A stretch of 64,000 nt of DNA from an uncultured Bdellovibrionales bacterium (GTDB taxonomy: Bacteria; Bdellovibrionota; Bdellovibrionia; Bdellovibrionales; UBA1609), in the NCBI GenBank assembly GCA_938002015.1, contig CALLAU010000087.1:9920-73919 (forward strand). Direction: 5' to 3'. The position numbers and the translations under genes were made by a program. The notes beneath the pieces are model-generated. The model was not told the origin of the DNA. It searched no databases and saw nothing but the letters and a program-made list of their open reading frames with translations. How positions within the stretch are numbered: position 1 is the first letter of the stretch; every line of letters starts with the position of its first letter. This document shows, piece after piece, positions 45,909 to 55,297 of this stretch.

Positions 45909-46370
45909 ATGAACCATGAGCATTATATGAAAATAGCGCTAAATTTAGCACAAAAAGCCTGTGAACTGGATGAGGTTCCAGTTGGCGCGCTCATCGTTTC
46001 AAACGACGGCGAGATTCTCTCTCAAGCACATAATTTAAGAGAAAGTTCTTTAGACCCAACAGGGCACGCAGAACTTCTTGCGATAAAAAAAGCAGCTAAA
46101 GCTATAAACTCATGGAGACTCATAGGTGCAAAACTCTACGTTACCCTTGAACCATGTATGATGTGTGCAGGAGCTATATGGCAAAGCAGGTTAAGTGAAG
46201 TCATTTATGGGGCTTCTGATCCAAAACATGGGTTTATCCATTCCATTTATACTCCATTTAATGAAGACACAAAACTCAATCACAAGCCAAAAATTACTAG
46301 TGGCATTTTACAAGAAGACTGTGGTCTAATACTTACTAACTTTTTTAAAGAAAAAAGAAAAAACGTATAA
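45909..46370 (+). CDS. tadA: tRNA-specific adenosine deaminase
   Basis: CDA zinc motifs HAELLAI and TLEPCMMCAGA. 153 aa. Confidence 0.92.
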   Translation: MNHEHYMKIALNLAQKACELDEVPVGALIVSNDGEILSQAHNLRESSLDPTGHAELLAIKKAAKAINSWRLIGAKLYVTLEPCMMCAGAIWQSRLSEVIYGASDPKHGFIHSIYTPFNEDTKLNHKPKITSGILQEDCGLILTNFFKEKRKNV

Positions 46371-46371
46371 A

Positions 46372-46932
46372 ATGAAGAAGAAGCTAACAAAGTTAATCAA
46401 ACCCTTTTTAAACTTTATCGTTTTTCACGGTGGATGGTGGGGAATCATCTTATTGGCCATCTACAAGCCAACTGGCTATCTACCACTTTTATTTACTATT
46501 AGTATTCTTAGTTCTTTTCTTCACTTTAAGTATGTTGAAAAAAATTTTAAAGCTGAATTTTTTTTCCTAATATCTGCTTTTACTTTGGGAATACTCACAG
46601 AAGTATTTTTACTTAATATTTATGCCTTTAGATATGAACTTGTCCCTGTTATTGCTTTTAAGCTTCCACCTGCATGGATTTTTTGTTTGTGGACCATATT
46701 TCCTTTTTCAATAGGATATTCCTTAAGTTTTTTATACAAGCTTAGACTTCCTGGAATGCTATTAGGTGCCGCTCTAACAACTTTCACCTATTCAGCTGGG
46801 GAAAGTTTAGATTTGGTTTTCTTTACTGAACCAAGAACTGAGAGCATGGCTTATTTTTGTGGCGTATGGTTTGCGTTACTCGCTCTACTCTTTAAATTAA
46901 GAGAACGCCTACATAAAAAATATCCTTCTTAA
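46372..46932 (+). CDS. Hypothetical polytopic membrane protein (possibly DUF2878-like)
   Basis: 5 to 6 hydrophobic segments. N-terminal FHGGWWGIILLAIY resembles DUF2878. Starts 1 nt after the tadA stop. Confidence 0.4.
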   Translation: MKKKLTKLIKPFLNFIVFHGGWWGIILLAIYKPTGYLPLLFTISILSSFLHFKYVEKNFKAEFFFLISAFTLGILTEVFLLNIYAFRYELVPVIAFKLPPAWIFCLWTIFPFSIGYSLSFLYKLRLPGMLLGAALTTFTYSAGESLDLVFFTEPRTESMAYFCGVWFALLALLFKLRERLHKKYPS

Positions 46933-46954
46933 AGATTATTTATACCAACTCAAA

Positions 46955-48118
46955 CTACTTATAAGTGATCTCTATTTTTTTTGATGCTTGCTTTGCAAGT
47001 TTAACAGCATCTTTAATATTACTTGCTGTAGCAAGACAAACTCCCATACGTCGGTTCTTTCTAGTACTAGGTTTTCCAAAGAGCTTGATCTCAACATCAC
47101 CTCTTTTTAAAACCTGTCTGATTCCTTTTTCTACAAAAACATATTCATCAGATTCCCTATCAGCAAGTATAACTGAACTTGCAGCTGCTTTTTGATATTT
47201 AATTTCAGGTATAGGTAAATTCAAGATAGCTCGCAGATGCAAGTCAAATTCTGATAAATTTTGAGATATTAACGTCACCATACCAGTATCATGAGGCCTT
47301 GGAGAAAGCTCAGAGAAATACACATCTTTTTTAGTTAGAAAAAACTCAACACCAAAAATTCCAGCTCCACCTAAATGCTTCACCATCTTCTTTGCCATCT
47401 TCTGAGCTTTTTCTAATTTTGACGAAGATATTTTAGCTGGAAGCCAAGATTCTCTATAGTCTCCCTCTTCTTGACGGTGCCCAATTGGTTTTACAAAAAC
47501 AACTTTACCATTTTTTTGCAGCACGGTTAAAAGAGTGATTTCTGATTCAAATTCTATAAACTCCTCAACTATAACTTTTGAAACATCTCCCCTCATTCCC
47601 GCTACAGCAAAGTCCCATGACTTTTCATAATCATTTTTCTTTTTTAGTACAGATTGTCCTTTTCCAGAGCTCGACATAAGAGGCTTAATCACACAAGGAA
47701 CCCCTATTTCTTCAACTGCTTTTTTTAATTCACTTTTAGTTGAAGCATACAGATACTTTGCAGTTTTAAGTTTAAGATCTTTAGCTGCCACATCTCTGAC
47801 TTTCTCTCTATCCATTGTCACATCTGCTGCATAAGCTGTTGGAACAACAGTAATACCTTTTTTTTCAAACTCATAAAGTTTTGAAGTCCTAATAGACTCA
47901 ACCTCAGGGACTATAAAATCTGGTTTATGCCTTTCTACTATTTCTTCTAAAGCATCACCATCTAACATTGAAATCACTTCAAAACTATCAGCAACCTGCA
48001 TAGCCGGCGCTCTTTCATATTTATCAACAGCAACAGTTGATAAGCCAAGTCTTTGAGCTGAAATAACGAATTCTTTTCCAAGTTCGCCAGAACCTAGAAC
48101 CATAATTTTTTTATTCAT
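46955..48118 (-). CDS. purT: Formate-dependent phosphoribosylglycinamide formyltransferase (GAR transformylase 2)
   Basis: Colinear with E. coli PurT: IMVLGSGELGKE, IKPLMSSSGKGQS, GHRQEEGDYRESW and SPRPHDTGMVTLISQ. Start taken at the ATG at 48118 (AGGTG SD); the ORF track extends to 48166. Confidence 0.93.
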   Translation of the reverse strand: MNKKIMVLGSGELGKEFVISAQRLGLSTVAVDKYERAPAMQVADSFEVISMLDGDALEEIVERHKPDFIVPEVESIRTSKLYEFEKKGITVVPTAYAADVTMDREKVRDVAAKDLKLKTAKYLYASTKSELKKAVEEIGVPCVIKPLMSSSGKGQSVLKKKNDYEKSWDFAVAGMRGDVSKVIVEEFIEFESEITLLTVLQKNGKVVFVKPIGHRQEEGDYRESWLPAKISSSKLEKAQKMAKKMVKHLGGAGIFGVEFFLTKKDVYFSELSPRPHDTGMVTLISQNLSEFDLHLRAILNLPIPEIKYQKAAASSVILADRESDEYVFVEKGIRQVLKRGDVEIKLFGKPSTRKNRRMGVCLATASNIKDAVKLAKQASKKIEITYK

Positions 48119-48224
48119 ACATACACCTATTTTTTTAGATAATAAGTGCTCGACTTTTAAAGTCAAAGCCTTTGTTAAAAGCTTAATTTATTTTAAGTTA
48201 AGATTGTCAAAGGAGTCAAAAGCC

Positions 48225-48977
48225 TTAAGGAATCTGCCAAGCACCAGTCTGACAAACAGCAAGTAAGACCATTCTCCATGTCTCAATGCTTTCATTAGTA
48301 GAAGCTAATGTTGCATTTGCAAGTGAAACAAGACTGCTTTTAGAGCTTTGCTCAAGCTCTAAACCTGGGTAGAAAAGATTAAAAACACCATCTATTTCAT
48401 TTTCTGTAATTAATTCTATATTCTGACTAACACTGACTTTATCAATAACATTGTTTACCGCTCGATCACGATCAAGAATTTGATAGCAAGCACTTACCCT
48501 CATACCTTCTTTTGAAACAGATCCCACACCTACTACATCAATCTCTACTTGAGCTGTACTTAACCCGTTACATAAGCTGTCTTTTTCATAAATAGAGCAA
48601 GGCCCTTTAAACTCTTCATATTTTCTTAAAATATTTTCACGGATTATGTTATGAATGCTTATATCCTCTGACGTAAAGCTTGCAGAAACATATTCTTGAA
48701 GATCCTTATGCACATTATCTATTTCAGCATTTGCTAGATCAGTTTCACCTTCAGGAAAGAAAACAGAGGCTAAGACTGAAGAGACAAAAACTCTATCACC
48801 CATTCTTGTAGCATAATTTGCATTATTAGAACCATTTAAATCAGATGGGCCATGATCTATACTAAGTAAATCACTTGAACTAAAGCCATCACCTCCACAG
48901 TTCTGATTTAGAAGCAAAACTAAGCTACAGCTTATATAAAGAAATGTTTTTTTAAAATACTTTCTAAATTTAAGCAT
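48225..48977 (-). CDS. Hypothetical lipoprotein, third gene of the DUF1588/DUF1552-like cluster
   Basis: Signal peptide ending LLLNQNC-GGDG. 8-nt overlap with the upstream gene. Confidence 0.5.
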   Translation of the reverse strand: MLKFRKYFKKTFLYISCSLVLLLNQNCGGDGFSSSDLLSIDHGPSDLNGSNNANYATRMGDRVFVSSVLASVFFPEGETDLANAEIDNVHKDLQEYVSASFTSEDISIHNIIRENILRKYEEFKGPCSIYEKDSLCNGLSTAQVEIDVVGVGSVSKEGMRVSACYQILDRDRAVNNVIDKVSVSQNIELITENEIDGVFNLFYPGLELEQSSKSSLVSLANATLASTNESIETWRMVLLAVCQTGAWQIP

Positions 48978-50640
48978 CTACTAACTCCGAATCACCAGTA
49001 AGAGTGTTTACATTACCTTCTTTATCAACTGATACTAAACTTGTATTATTAACAGATATTTGCTCTATCCCTAAAAGAGTACTCATACTTGATGCGACAT
49101 TTCCAGGGTTAATAGCTCTATTACCTAAAGCTTGAGCCTTTGCAGCTGTTCCCCAAGATCCAACATAATTATTGTTATATCTATGAGCTGCTGTTACATC
49201 ACCTGTAATAGTTAAGCCTTTAATAGATCCTGAGTAAATGGAATTAGTTGCCGACATTGACGCATGATCTGCACCACTCCCATCAGCTTTTGCAGAACGA
49301 CCAAACTCACTTGCAACTCTGATAACAGTGTCATCAAATAATGTATTACCCATAAAGCCAGGCTGATTTTTTAAAGAATCAATGAGTGTCAATAAACATG
49401 CTGAAAGAGCTCTATACATAAGAGTATTAGATAATAAAGATACCATCGCACCTACTGTATGTTGATCATGACCAACACCTGAGTTACTTGCAGCTGCTCC
49501 ATTATAAGCTAGTTTTAAACTGTTCGTTCCACCTATACCTAAACCCACAGAAGAACTTAACTGATTAATCAAAACATACTCAGCAACAGCAAATCTCTCA
49601 ACAAGAGCACCTACACCCGCACCAAGAATCGCCTCTCTTAAGTCTGTATTAGTAACTTGATTTGTTCCATGCTGATAAATCAATGAATCACGCGCAGAAA
49701 CATCAGCTAAACCTATAGCCATATCAGAAAATCCTGTTAGACCAGAAGCTGACATATCAATAGTTCTTCTTACAACATCACTGTACTTAGCTGTTAATGA
49801 TGTCCACTTTGTACCTAAGTCATCTACACTTGTTGCCATTAAATCTACAGCATTTTTTTGATCAATTGAAATTGATTTAGAACCAGAAAAGGTTGAACCG
49901 TGGTAAGCGTTAAGTGATGAGATAGACGCCAGTAGTCTGTTTGAAATAGACTTTTCAACATTCAGCATTTGATTTGAGGCTTTTTTTGAAAATGGACTCA
50001 TCAAAGTTCTTAAAGGGTTTCCCCCAGTGCTTAAGTTTTTTTGTGATTTACCTAATTTTGATTTATAAAGCTGTGCTGAAGTACCCATTGTAAGAGATGT
50101 AATTGGCGTATCAGACTTATCCGCAACAGCACCGCCTAAACTTACTGGGGTAAAAGGATTATTCAAGAGTTCTGCCGATGGAGAGTGACCAGCATTACCT
50201 GTATCGACCCCTTGAATAACCAACATATTATTCATAAGATCATCTATTCTTCTATTTCCACCACCAGCTCTTGCAACTTCTTGAGTCCAAATTCTTGGAC
50301 CATAATACTTTCCGCCCTTTAGTTTGTGTCCAACATATTTAACACCATCGTAAACACTCCCTACTTGATTAAATTCACTACCAACACCTTTGGAGGCTAC
50401 AAACTTTGAATCATTATTAGGGTTAATAAATAAATCATACATCCATCTTGATGGAGCCCCATGCTGCTGAATAAAAACATAATTTCTTGCTCTTTTACCA
50501 GTTTCATTTGCCACAGCTTGAGTAACAAGCCCATCAACCATACTCTCAAGTAAGAGCTCCATAGGGCTTTGAATAACACCACTGAAAGTACCAACACCTA
50601 AGAATTTCATTAAATCACGTCTAGACCAATTTGATGACAT
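48970..50640 (-). CDS. Tat-signal protein, DUF1552-like
   Basis: Twin-arginine signal SRRDLMKFLGVGTFSG followed by PMELLLE, as in DUF1552 N-termini. 556 aa, Gly/Ser/Asn-rich. Confidence 0.55.
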   Translation of the reverse strand: MSSNWSRRDLMKFLGVGTFSGVIQSPMELLLESMVDGLVTQAVANETGKRARNYVFIQQHGAPSRWMYDLFINPNNDSKFVASKGVGSEFNQVGSVYDGVKYVGHKLKGGKYYGPRIWTQEVARAGGGNRRIDDLMNNMLVIQGVDTGNAGHSPSAELLNNPFTPVSLGGAVADKSDTPITSLTMGTSAQLYKSKLGKSQKNLSTGGNPLRTLMSPFSKKASNQMLNVEKSISNRLLASISSLNAYHGSTFSGSKSISIDQKNAVDLMATSVDDLGTKWTSLTAKYSDVVRRTIDMSASGLTGFSDMAIGLADVSARDSLIYQHGTNQVTNTDLREAILGAGVGALVERFAVAEYVLINQLSSSVGLGIGGTNSLKLAYNGAAASNSGVGHDQHTVGAMVSLLSNTLMYRALSACLLTLIDSLKNQPGFMGNTLFDDTVIRVASEFGRSAKADGSGADHASMSATNSIYSGSIKGLTITGDVTAAHRYNNNYVGSWGTAAKAQALGNRAINPGNVASSMSTLLGIEQISVNNTSLVSVDKEGNVNTLTGDSELVDA

Positions 50641-50642
50641 AC

Positions 50643-52055
50643 TTACTCCCCTACCTGAATGCCGTAATCACTCAGCCTATATGTTGGTGATGAGATCATC
50701 TCTTTTAACATTTTACTCAGACTCTGGTGTTTTTTAAGATCAAGCCCATAACTAATAACTTTATTTCTATGCTTAAGATCTTCTTCATTTAAACCTACTG
50801 GTGAGAAAGGATCATTAATGTCTGCTAGTGAAACATCCACACCAGTTAAGTACTTATAATATTTTTTAGCAGCACAAACATAAAAATCATTTGTCTGTGA
50901 GATTTGCTCTCCAAGTTGTTCAATACTATCAAACTTACGGTGTATTAAATCACCATTATAGCTTCTAAAATAAAGATAACCCCCAGCTGGCCTTCTATAA
51001 TAATCTCTATCAGGTTTTGAAGGCCATGCTTCATCACTAAGAGGTCTATCTGGCGCTCTAAAAAACACATGCTCTGTTCTTGAGTTATCAGTGTAGTTAC
51101 AATTATCTTTTCCAGGAACCATTCTGTATATTCCTCTTATAGCTCCAGCCATTCTATCCATTGTAGCATGACACCCTATACAAGCTGATTGAGTTCTAAA
51201 AGAAACAGACGATGTTGGATCTATATAAGGAGCTCCATCACTTTCCCTAATCATTGGAAGGTCTCTGCAAAGAAAATCTTTAACAACAGATTTTGACCAA
51301 TGACGGTTCATTCTAACTCCACCATCAGAACGGTTATCAACATCATTACCTAAAACTCTTTGGATATACATTTTAGAACCAATTACTCCACCACCAAAGG
51401 AGTTTAAAACTTCTTCATTAACTTGTGGCAAAACTAAAGACGGCGCATCCGTAACACCAATAAGATCCCCTGTTCCAAGAAATGCGGCTGACACATCCCA
51501 TGGAGTAGAAACATCTGATGTATCTAGATACTTATGAAATGCAGCTTCAGATGCTGGCCCCCTATCAACTGGCGAAGGCGTTTCTCTAACACCTCTTACT
51601 TCTTTTGTTCCTTTCATGATACTTGAAAGCTCAGTTGAACTTGAAAGAAGAGCTCTAGTAAAATGTAGAGCTGGAGCTAATTCATCATTTATGTCTAATG
51701 TAACTCGTCTTTGACAAGAATTTTGTCCCTTAAAAGCCCTTTCATTAAAATATGTGTTATGAAACTGAGTCATTGTTTTAATAACAGCTCTTGAGTCAGC
51801 ATCATCAACACCAATGTTTCCATTACTATCTAAAGCAGCTTTATCAAATATTGAAAAACAAGCTGAAATCGGATCTATTGATCCATCTTTAACTTGCTTT
51901 AGTAATGCATGTGATGAATTTATTCTCTTCTTTGTTAAGTGAGAGTAACATCTGTTAAATAAAGCTAAATCAGATAGCTCTAAGGCTGACGCCATTGAAC
52001 AAGATAAAATTAGCAAGATACATACTACATACTTCATGTAATACATTTCGGACAT
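50643..52055 (-). CDS. DUF1588/DUF1585-like exported protein with CxxCH motif
   Basis: Signal peptide; FLCRDLP; haem-c-type motif CIGCHATMDRMAG; later block FDSIEQLGEQISQTNDFYVCAAKKYYKYLTG. All are typical of the DUF1588 family that pairs with DUF1552. Confidence 0.55.
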   Translation of the reverse strand: MSEMYYMKYVVCILLILSCSMASALELSDLALFNRCYSHLTKKRINSSHALLKQVKDGSIDPISACFSIFDKAALDSNGNIGVDDADSRAVIKTMTQFHNTYFNERAFKGQNSCQRRVTLDINDELAPALHFTRALLSSSTELSSIMKGTKEVRGVRETPSPVDRGPASEAAFHKYLDTSDVSTPWDVSAAFLGTGDLIGVTDAPSLVLPQVNEEVLNSFGGGVIGSKMYIQRVLGNDVDNRSDGGVRMNRHWSKSVVKDFLCRDLPMIRESDGAPYIDPTSSVSFRTQSACIGCHATMDRMAGAIRGIYRMVPGKDNCNYTDNSRTEHVFFRAPDRPLSDEAWPSKPDRDYYRRPAGGYLYFRSYNGDLIHRKFDSIEQLGEQISQTNDFYVCAAKKYYKYLTGVDVSLADINDPFSPVGLNEEDLKHRNKVISYGLDLKKHQSLSKMLKEMISSPTYRLSDYGIQVGE

Positions 52056-52171
52056 AAGGCCAGCTCAACTCAATAAAACTGACTCTCTAAAACAAGAACG
52101 TTTCATTAAAGTTCATAATTGTGATGAAAAAGTTGCGCTAAATAATTCAGGTATATCTTTTTGATACAACA

Positions 52172-52212
52172 AGGCCTTCACTATTGTTAAATGAAGGCCT
52201 GAACGTTTTTTT
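52172..52212 (+). terminator. Orphan plus-strand terminator-like hairpin between two minus-strand genes
   Basis: AGGCCTTCA (52172..52180), 11-nt loop, TGAAGGCCT (52192..52200), then GAACG + T7. There is no T-run in the minus orientation. Confidence 0.4.
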
Positions 52213-52236
52213 GATTTTTACGTATAATTTAAAAAA

Positions 52237-52710
52237 TTAATACTCAGATGCTTTAAAGAGCATTTGAAAAAGATCTAATGGCTCTCCTTCAAATGAAGAA
52301 GGCTCTCTTACTAAATGAGTAGGTCTTAATCTCATTGTAATAAAACCAGATCTTATAGTTAACAAAGCTTCATCACCATTTCCTGTTCTTATAATAGTAG
52401 CTTTGGCATCTGGGTGAATCGCTTGAATTTCATTTGTTCTAGGTCGATCACATAAAACAATCTTTTGTTCATCGAATCTATAAACATCACCTTTATATTC
52501 AACATATGATTTTGGTATATTCTTAAGTACTGTCACAAATGCTGGATGTGATTTATTACCCTCAAAACTTGTTCCTTTAACAGTTCTCCAATAAGTTGGA
52601 GATTTTAAGTTATGAAGTATTGACCCAACTTTTCGTCTTGTAGGCTCACTACAAGAAAAAGCAGATGGTGTTACAAGCGATAATCCAAGAATTAATAGTA
52701 GAGCTTTCAT
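52237..52710 (-). CDS. Hypothetical exported protein / possible lipoprotein
   Basis: Signal peptide MKALLLILGLSLVTPSAFSC; GAGGAGG RBS upstream. Confidence 0.5.
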   Translation of the reverse strand: MKALLLILGLSLVTPSAFSCSEPTRRKVGSILHNLKSPTYWRTVKGTSFEGNKSHPAFVTVLKNIPKSYVEYKGDVYRFDEQKIVLCDRPRTNEIQAIHPDAKATIIRTGNGDEALLTIRSGFITMRLRPTHLVREPSSFEGEPLDLFQMLFKASEY

Positions 52711-52839
52711 ACTCTTTCCTCCTCTTTTCTTAAAAACTAAATAAAAAGTTTATAACTTATTGTAACGCGTAATTTTATAAAGAGACTAACAGATTTTGTA
52801 TTTTTCCTATCTAATTCTTGTTAAGGGGAACACTAATTC

Positions 52840-53517
52840 ATGCGCACTTTATTCTTATTTCTTGTTATCTCTCTTACAAGCCATAGCCAACAAAGCTTTG
52901 CAGATCAGAGCAGACTTTTAAGCTACTCTGAATCAAAAAGAGTATTTTGGAGCAAGCTATACCAAGGTCCAGGCGAAAGCCTTTATTGCCAAAGAAAATT
53001 TGAAAAACGTTATGGTTTAAATATAGAGCATGTTTTCGCAGCATCTTGGATGAAGAACCAAGCAAATTGCCCCAAGATGAATAGAAAAAGCTGTAGACGC
53101 TTTAGTCCAAGGTTTAATCTGATGGAGGCCGATCTTCACAACCTCTACCCCGCTAAAAATAAATTAAACTCCTCAAGAGGAAACTACCCTTTTACTATTT
53201 TAGAAGGAGGAGACCCAAGTCCTGAGTGTGATTTAGAAATTTCAAAATATGGAGTAGAGCCTGCACCACACGCAAGAGGGAAAATAGCTCGCTCTATCTT
53301 ATATATGGAGTATGAGTATGGGGTAAATATTGATATAGATGCCGACAGCCCAGGTCAAAAAGATCTTCTACTCTATTGGCACTGTAAATCTCCAGTTCAA
53401 GAAGACGACCTTATAAGAAACCTTAAAATAGTTGAAATACAAGGCACCTCAAATCCTTATATAGATGGATCAATTCAAATTGACTGCAGTAAAGTTATTG
53501 AATATCCAGAAGACTAG
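52840..53517 (+). CDS. Secreted endonuclease I (EndA/Vvn family)
   Basis: Signal peptide; NIEHVFAASW (EHVVP-type His) and EADLHNLYPA...NSSRGN blocks; several Cys residues. Confidence 0.8.
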   Translation: MRTLFLFLVISLTSHSQQSFADQSRLLSYSESKRVFWSKLYQGPGESLYCQRKFEKRYGLNIEHVFAASWMKNQANCPKMNRKSCRRFSPRFNLMEADLHNLYPAKNKLNSSRGNYPFTILEGGDPSPECDLEISKYGVEPAPHARGKIARSILYMEYEYGVNIDIDADSPGQKDLLLYWHCKSPVQEDDLIRNLKIVEIQGTSNPYIDGSIQIDCSKVIEYPED

Positions 53518-54773
53518 TGGAAACAGCAATAAAGAATGAAGAACTAAAGTTAAACCCAGATCAAGAGAAAGCTCTTGATGCTCTTATGGGTGAAGAAAAT
53601 ATTTTTCTAACTGGCGCTGCTGGTTCAGGGAAATCTTTTCTTATTAAGCACTACTTAAAAGAAAGTGGCAAACCAACTCCAATAGTAGCAAGCACAGGAG
53701 CCGCAGCAGTTATTGTTGGCGGATGTACGTTTCATAGTTTTTTTGGCCTTGGTATCATGAAAGGCGGATTAGAAAAAACAATTGCAAAGGCCTTAAAGGA
53801 CAAGAGACTTCTTACACGGTTAAAAAACACTGATGAAATTATTATCGATGAAATTTCCATGATAGACCCTGAAGCTTTTTATGCTGCAGAACAAATATGT
53901 CGCTTAAGTTTAAACCTAGATAAAATTTTTGGCGGAATTAGAATAATTGCGGTTGGAGACTTTTTTCAATTACCTCCAGTTCAAACTAAAAGACAAAACT
54001 TCTGGCTATTTGAAACTAATGTTTGGTCTGAAATGAACTTTACTCAAATTTGCTTAGAGCAAATTATGAGAACAACAGATGAATCTTTTATTCAAATGCT
54101 AAATGAAGTTCGCTATGGGCGCTGTGATGGGAAAGTTGAAGATTACTTTAAGTCAAAAACTCTTAAAAATATTCAAAATTTTGAAGGCACAGTTTTATTT
54201 GGTAAAAGAGTTGATGTTGAAAGATTTAATAACCAAAAACTCGATGCGATAAATGAACCAGAGTTTGTATATGATTCTGAAGTAAAAATTAAAAAGAAAT
54301 CACCGCTAACTCACGATAAAGTACTTCAAATCAGCCCACTCCCTGAAGAGCTTCGTTTAAAAAAGGGCGCACTCATCATGATTAGAAAGAATCATGCTTT
54401 TGGGTATTATGTAAATGGCACACTTGCACACGTTACTTATCTAGATGATGAGAGCGTTACAGTAAAAACTTTTGAAGGCAGACACTTAGTGTTTCAAAAA
54501 GAGGAGTTTGAAATACTAAATGCTGATGGAGAGCTCAGTGCTACGATTAAAAACCTTCCCCTTTCACTTGCGTGGGCAAGCACCATCCATAAAGCTCAAG
54601 GGGCTTCAATAGACAGAGTCTTTGTTGATTTAGCTGGGTTATGGGAAAGAGGGCAAGCTTACGTCGCTCTCTCAAGAGCTAAGTCTGCAGAGGGCTTGTT
54701 TGTTAATAACTGGAACTCCAGGTATATCAAAACTGATTTAAAAGTTTCTTATTTTTATGAAAATATGAATTAA
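53517..54773 (+). CDS. Pif1/RecD-like SF1B DNA helicase
   Basis: Walker A LTGAAGSGKSF; Walker B IIIDEISM; VGDFFQLPPV; C-terminal TIHKAQGASIDRVFVDL and YVALSRA. GTG start shares its G with the TAG stop of the endonuclease gene. Confidence 0.85.
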   Translation: METAIKNEELKLNPDQEKALDALMGEENIFLTGAAGSGKSFLIKHYLKESGKPTPIVASTGAAAVIVGGCTFHSFFGLGIMKGGLEKTIAKALKDKRLLTRLKNTDEIIIDEISMIDPEAFYAAEQICRLSLNLDKIFGGIRIIAVGDFFQLPPVQTKRQNFWLFETNVWSEMNFTQICLEQIMRTTDESFIQMLNEVRYGRCDGKVEDYFKSKTLKNIQNFEGTVLFGKRVDVERFNNQKLDAINEPEFVYDSEVKIKKKSPLTHDKVLQISPLPEELRLKKGALIMIRKNHAFGYYVNGTLAHVTYLDDESVTVKTFEGRHLVFQKEEFEILNADGELSATIKNLPLSLAWASTIHKAQGASIDRVFVDLAGLWERGQAYVALSRAKSAEGLFVNNWNSRYIKTDLKVSYFYENMN

Positions 54774-55207
54774 TCGCGTAAAGATTGAATTCTTGGGTGT
54801 TCATCACTTAGCATGAATTCTATTTCTGCTTCTAAGTTATTTAAATAAACTAAAACTTGTGTCCCTATAAAATCACTCATAATGTGCTCACCTGTTGTAT
54901 GATGAAGACCAAGCTCACAATGACCAAGCTCATGTATTATAAGTACAATTCTAGCTTCTTCAGAAATGTCTTTCCAGATATCATAGTTAATTTGGACTTG
55001 GTAAGCTTGATATATAGTCCTTCCAGGTCTTCCAGGAGAAAGCTCAGCAAAAGATATTCGGCATTTTGTCTCAACTCCAAAAAGCTCAGTAAAGTGCTCT
55101 TGATAGACCTTAAAGTCTGTGGGCACCTCAACTGGCTCATCTCCTTGATCAACATGTTTACAAGAAATTAAAAAGAGACATAGGAATATACCAAGGAAAA
55201 GTCGCAT
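54770..55207 (-). CDS. Small lipoprotein with metzincin-type zinc motif
   Basis: Lipobox FLISC. HELGHCELGLHH is the HExxHxxGxxH motif, followed by a Met (GEHIM). 145 aa. Confidence 0.55.
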   Translation of the reverse strand: MRLFLGIFLCLFLISCKHVDQGDEPVEVPTDFKVYQEHFTELFGVETKCRISFAELSPGRPGRTIYQAYQVQINYDIWKDISEEARIVLIIHELGHCELGLHHTTGEHIMSDFIGTQVLVYLNNLEAEIEFMLSDEHPRIQSLRD

Positions 55208-55297
55208 TTAAAGGTAATAGCAAGGACTGTTCCCATCTAGATAGATAGTTTTAACTTAAAAAAGTGTATAAGGTCTTTTTAATAACAAATTTTGTCA

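Noticed and set aside
54857-55171. 104-aa plus-strand and 72-aa minus-strand ORFs overlapping the small metzincin lipoprotein gene
   Set aside because: The 145-aa frame has a lipobox and an HExxHxxGxxH motif. The alternatives have no features and overlap it completely.
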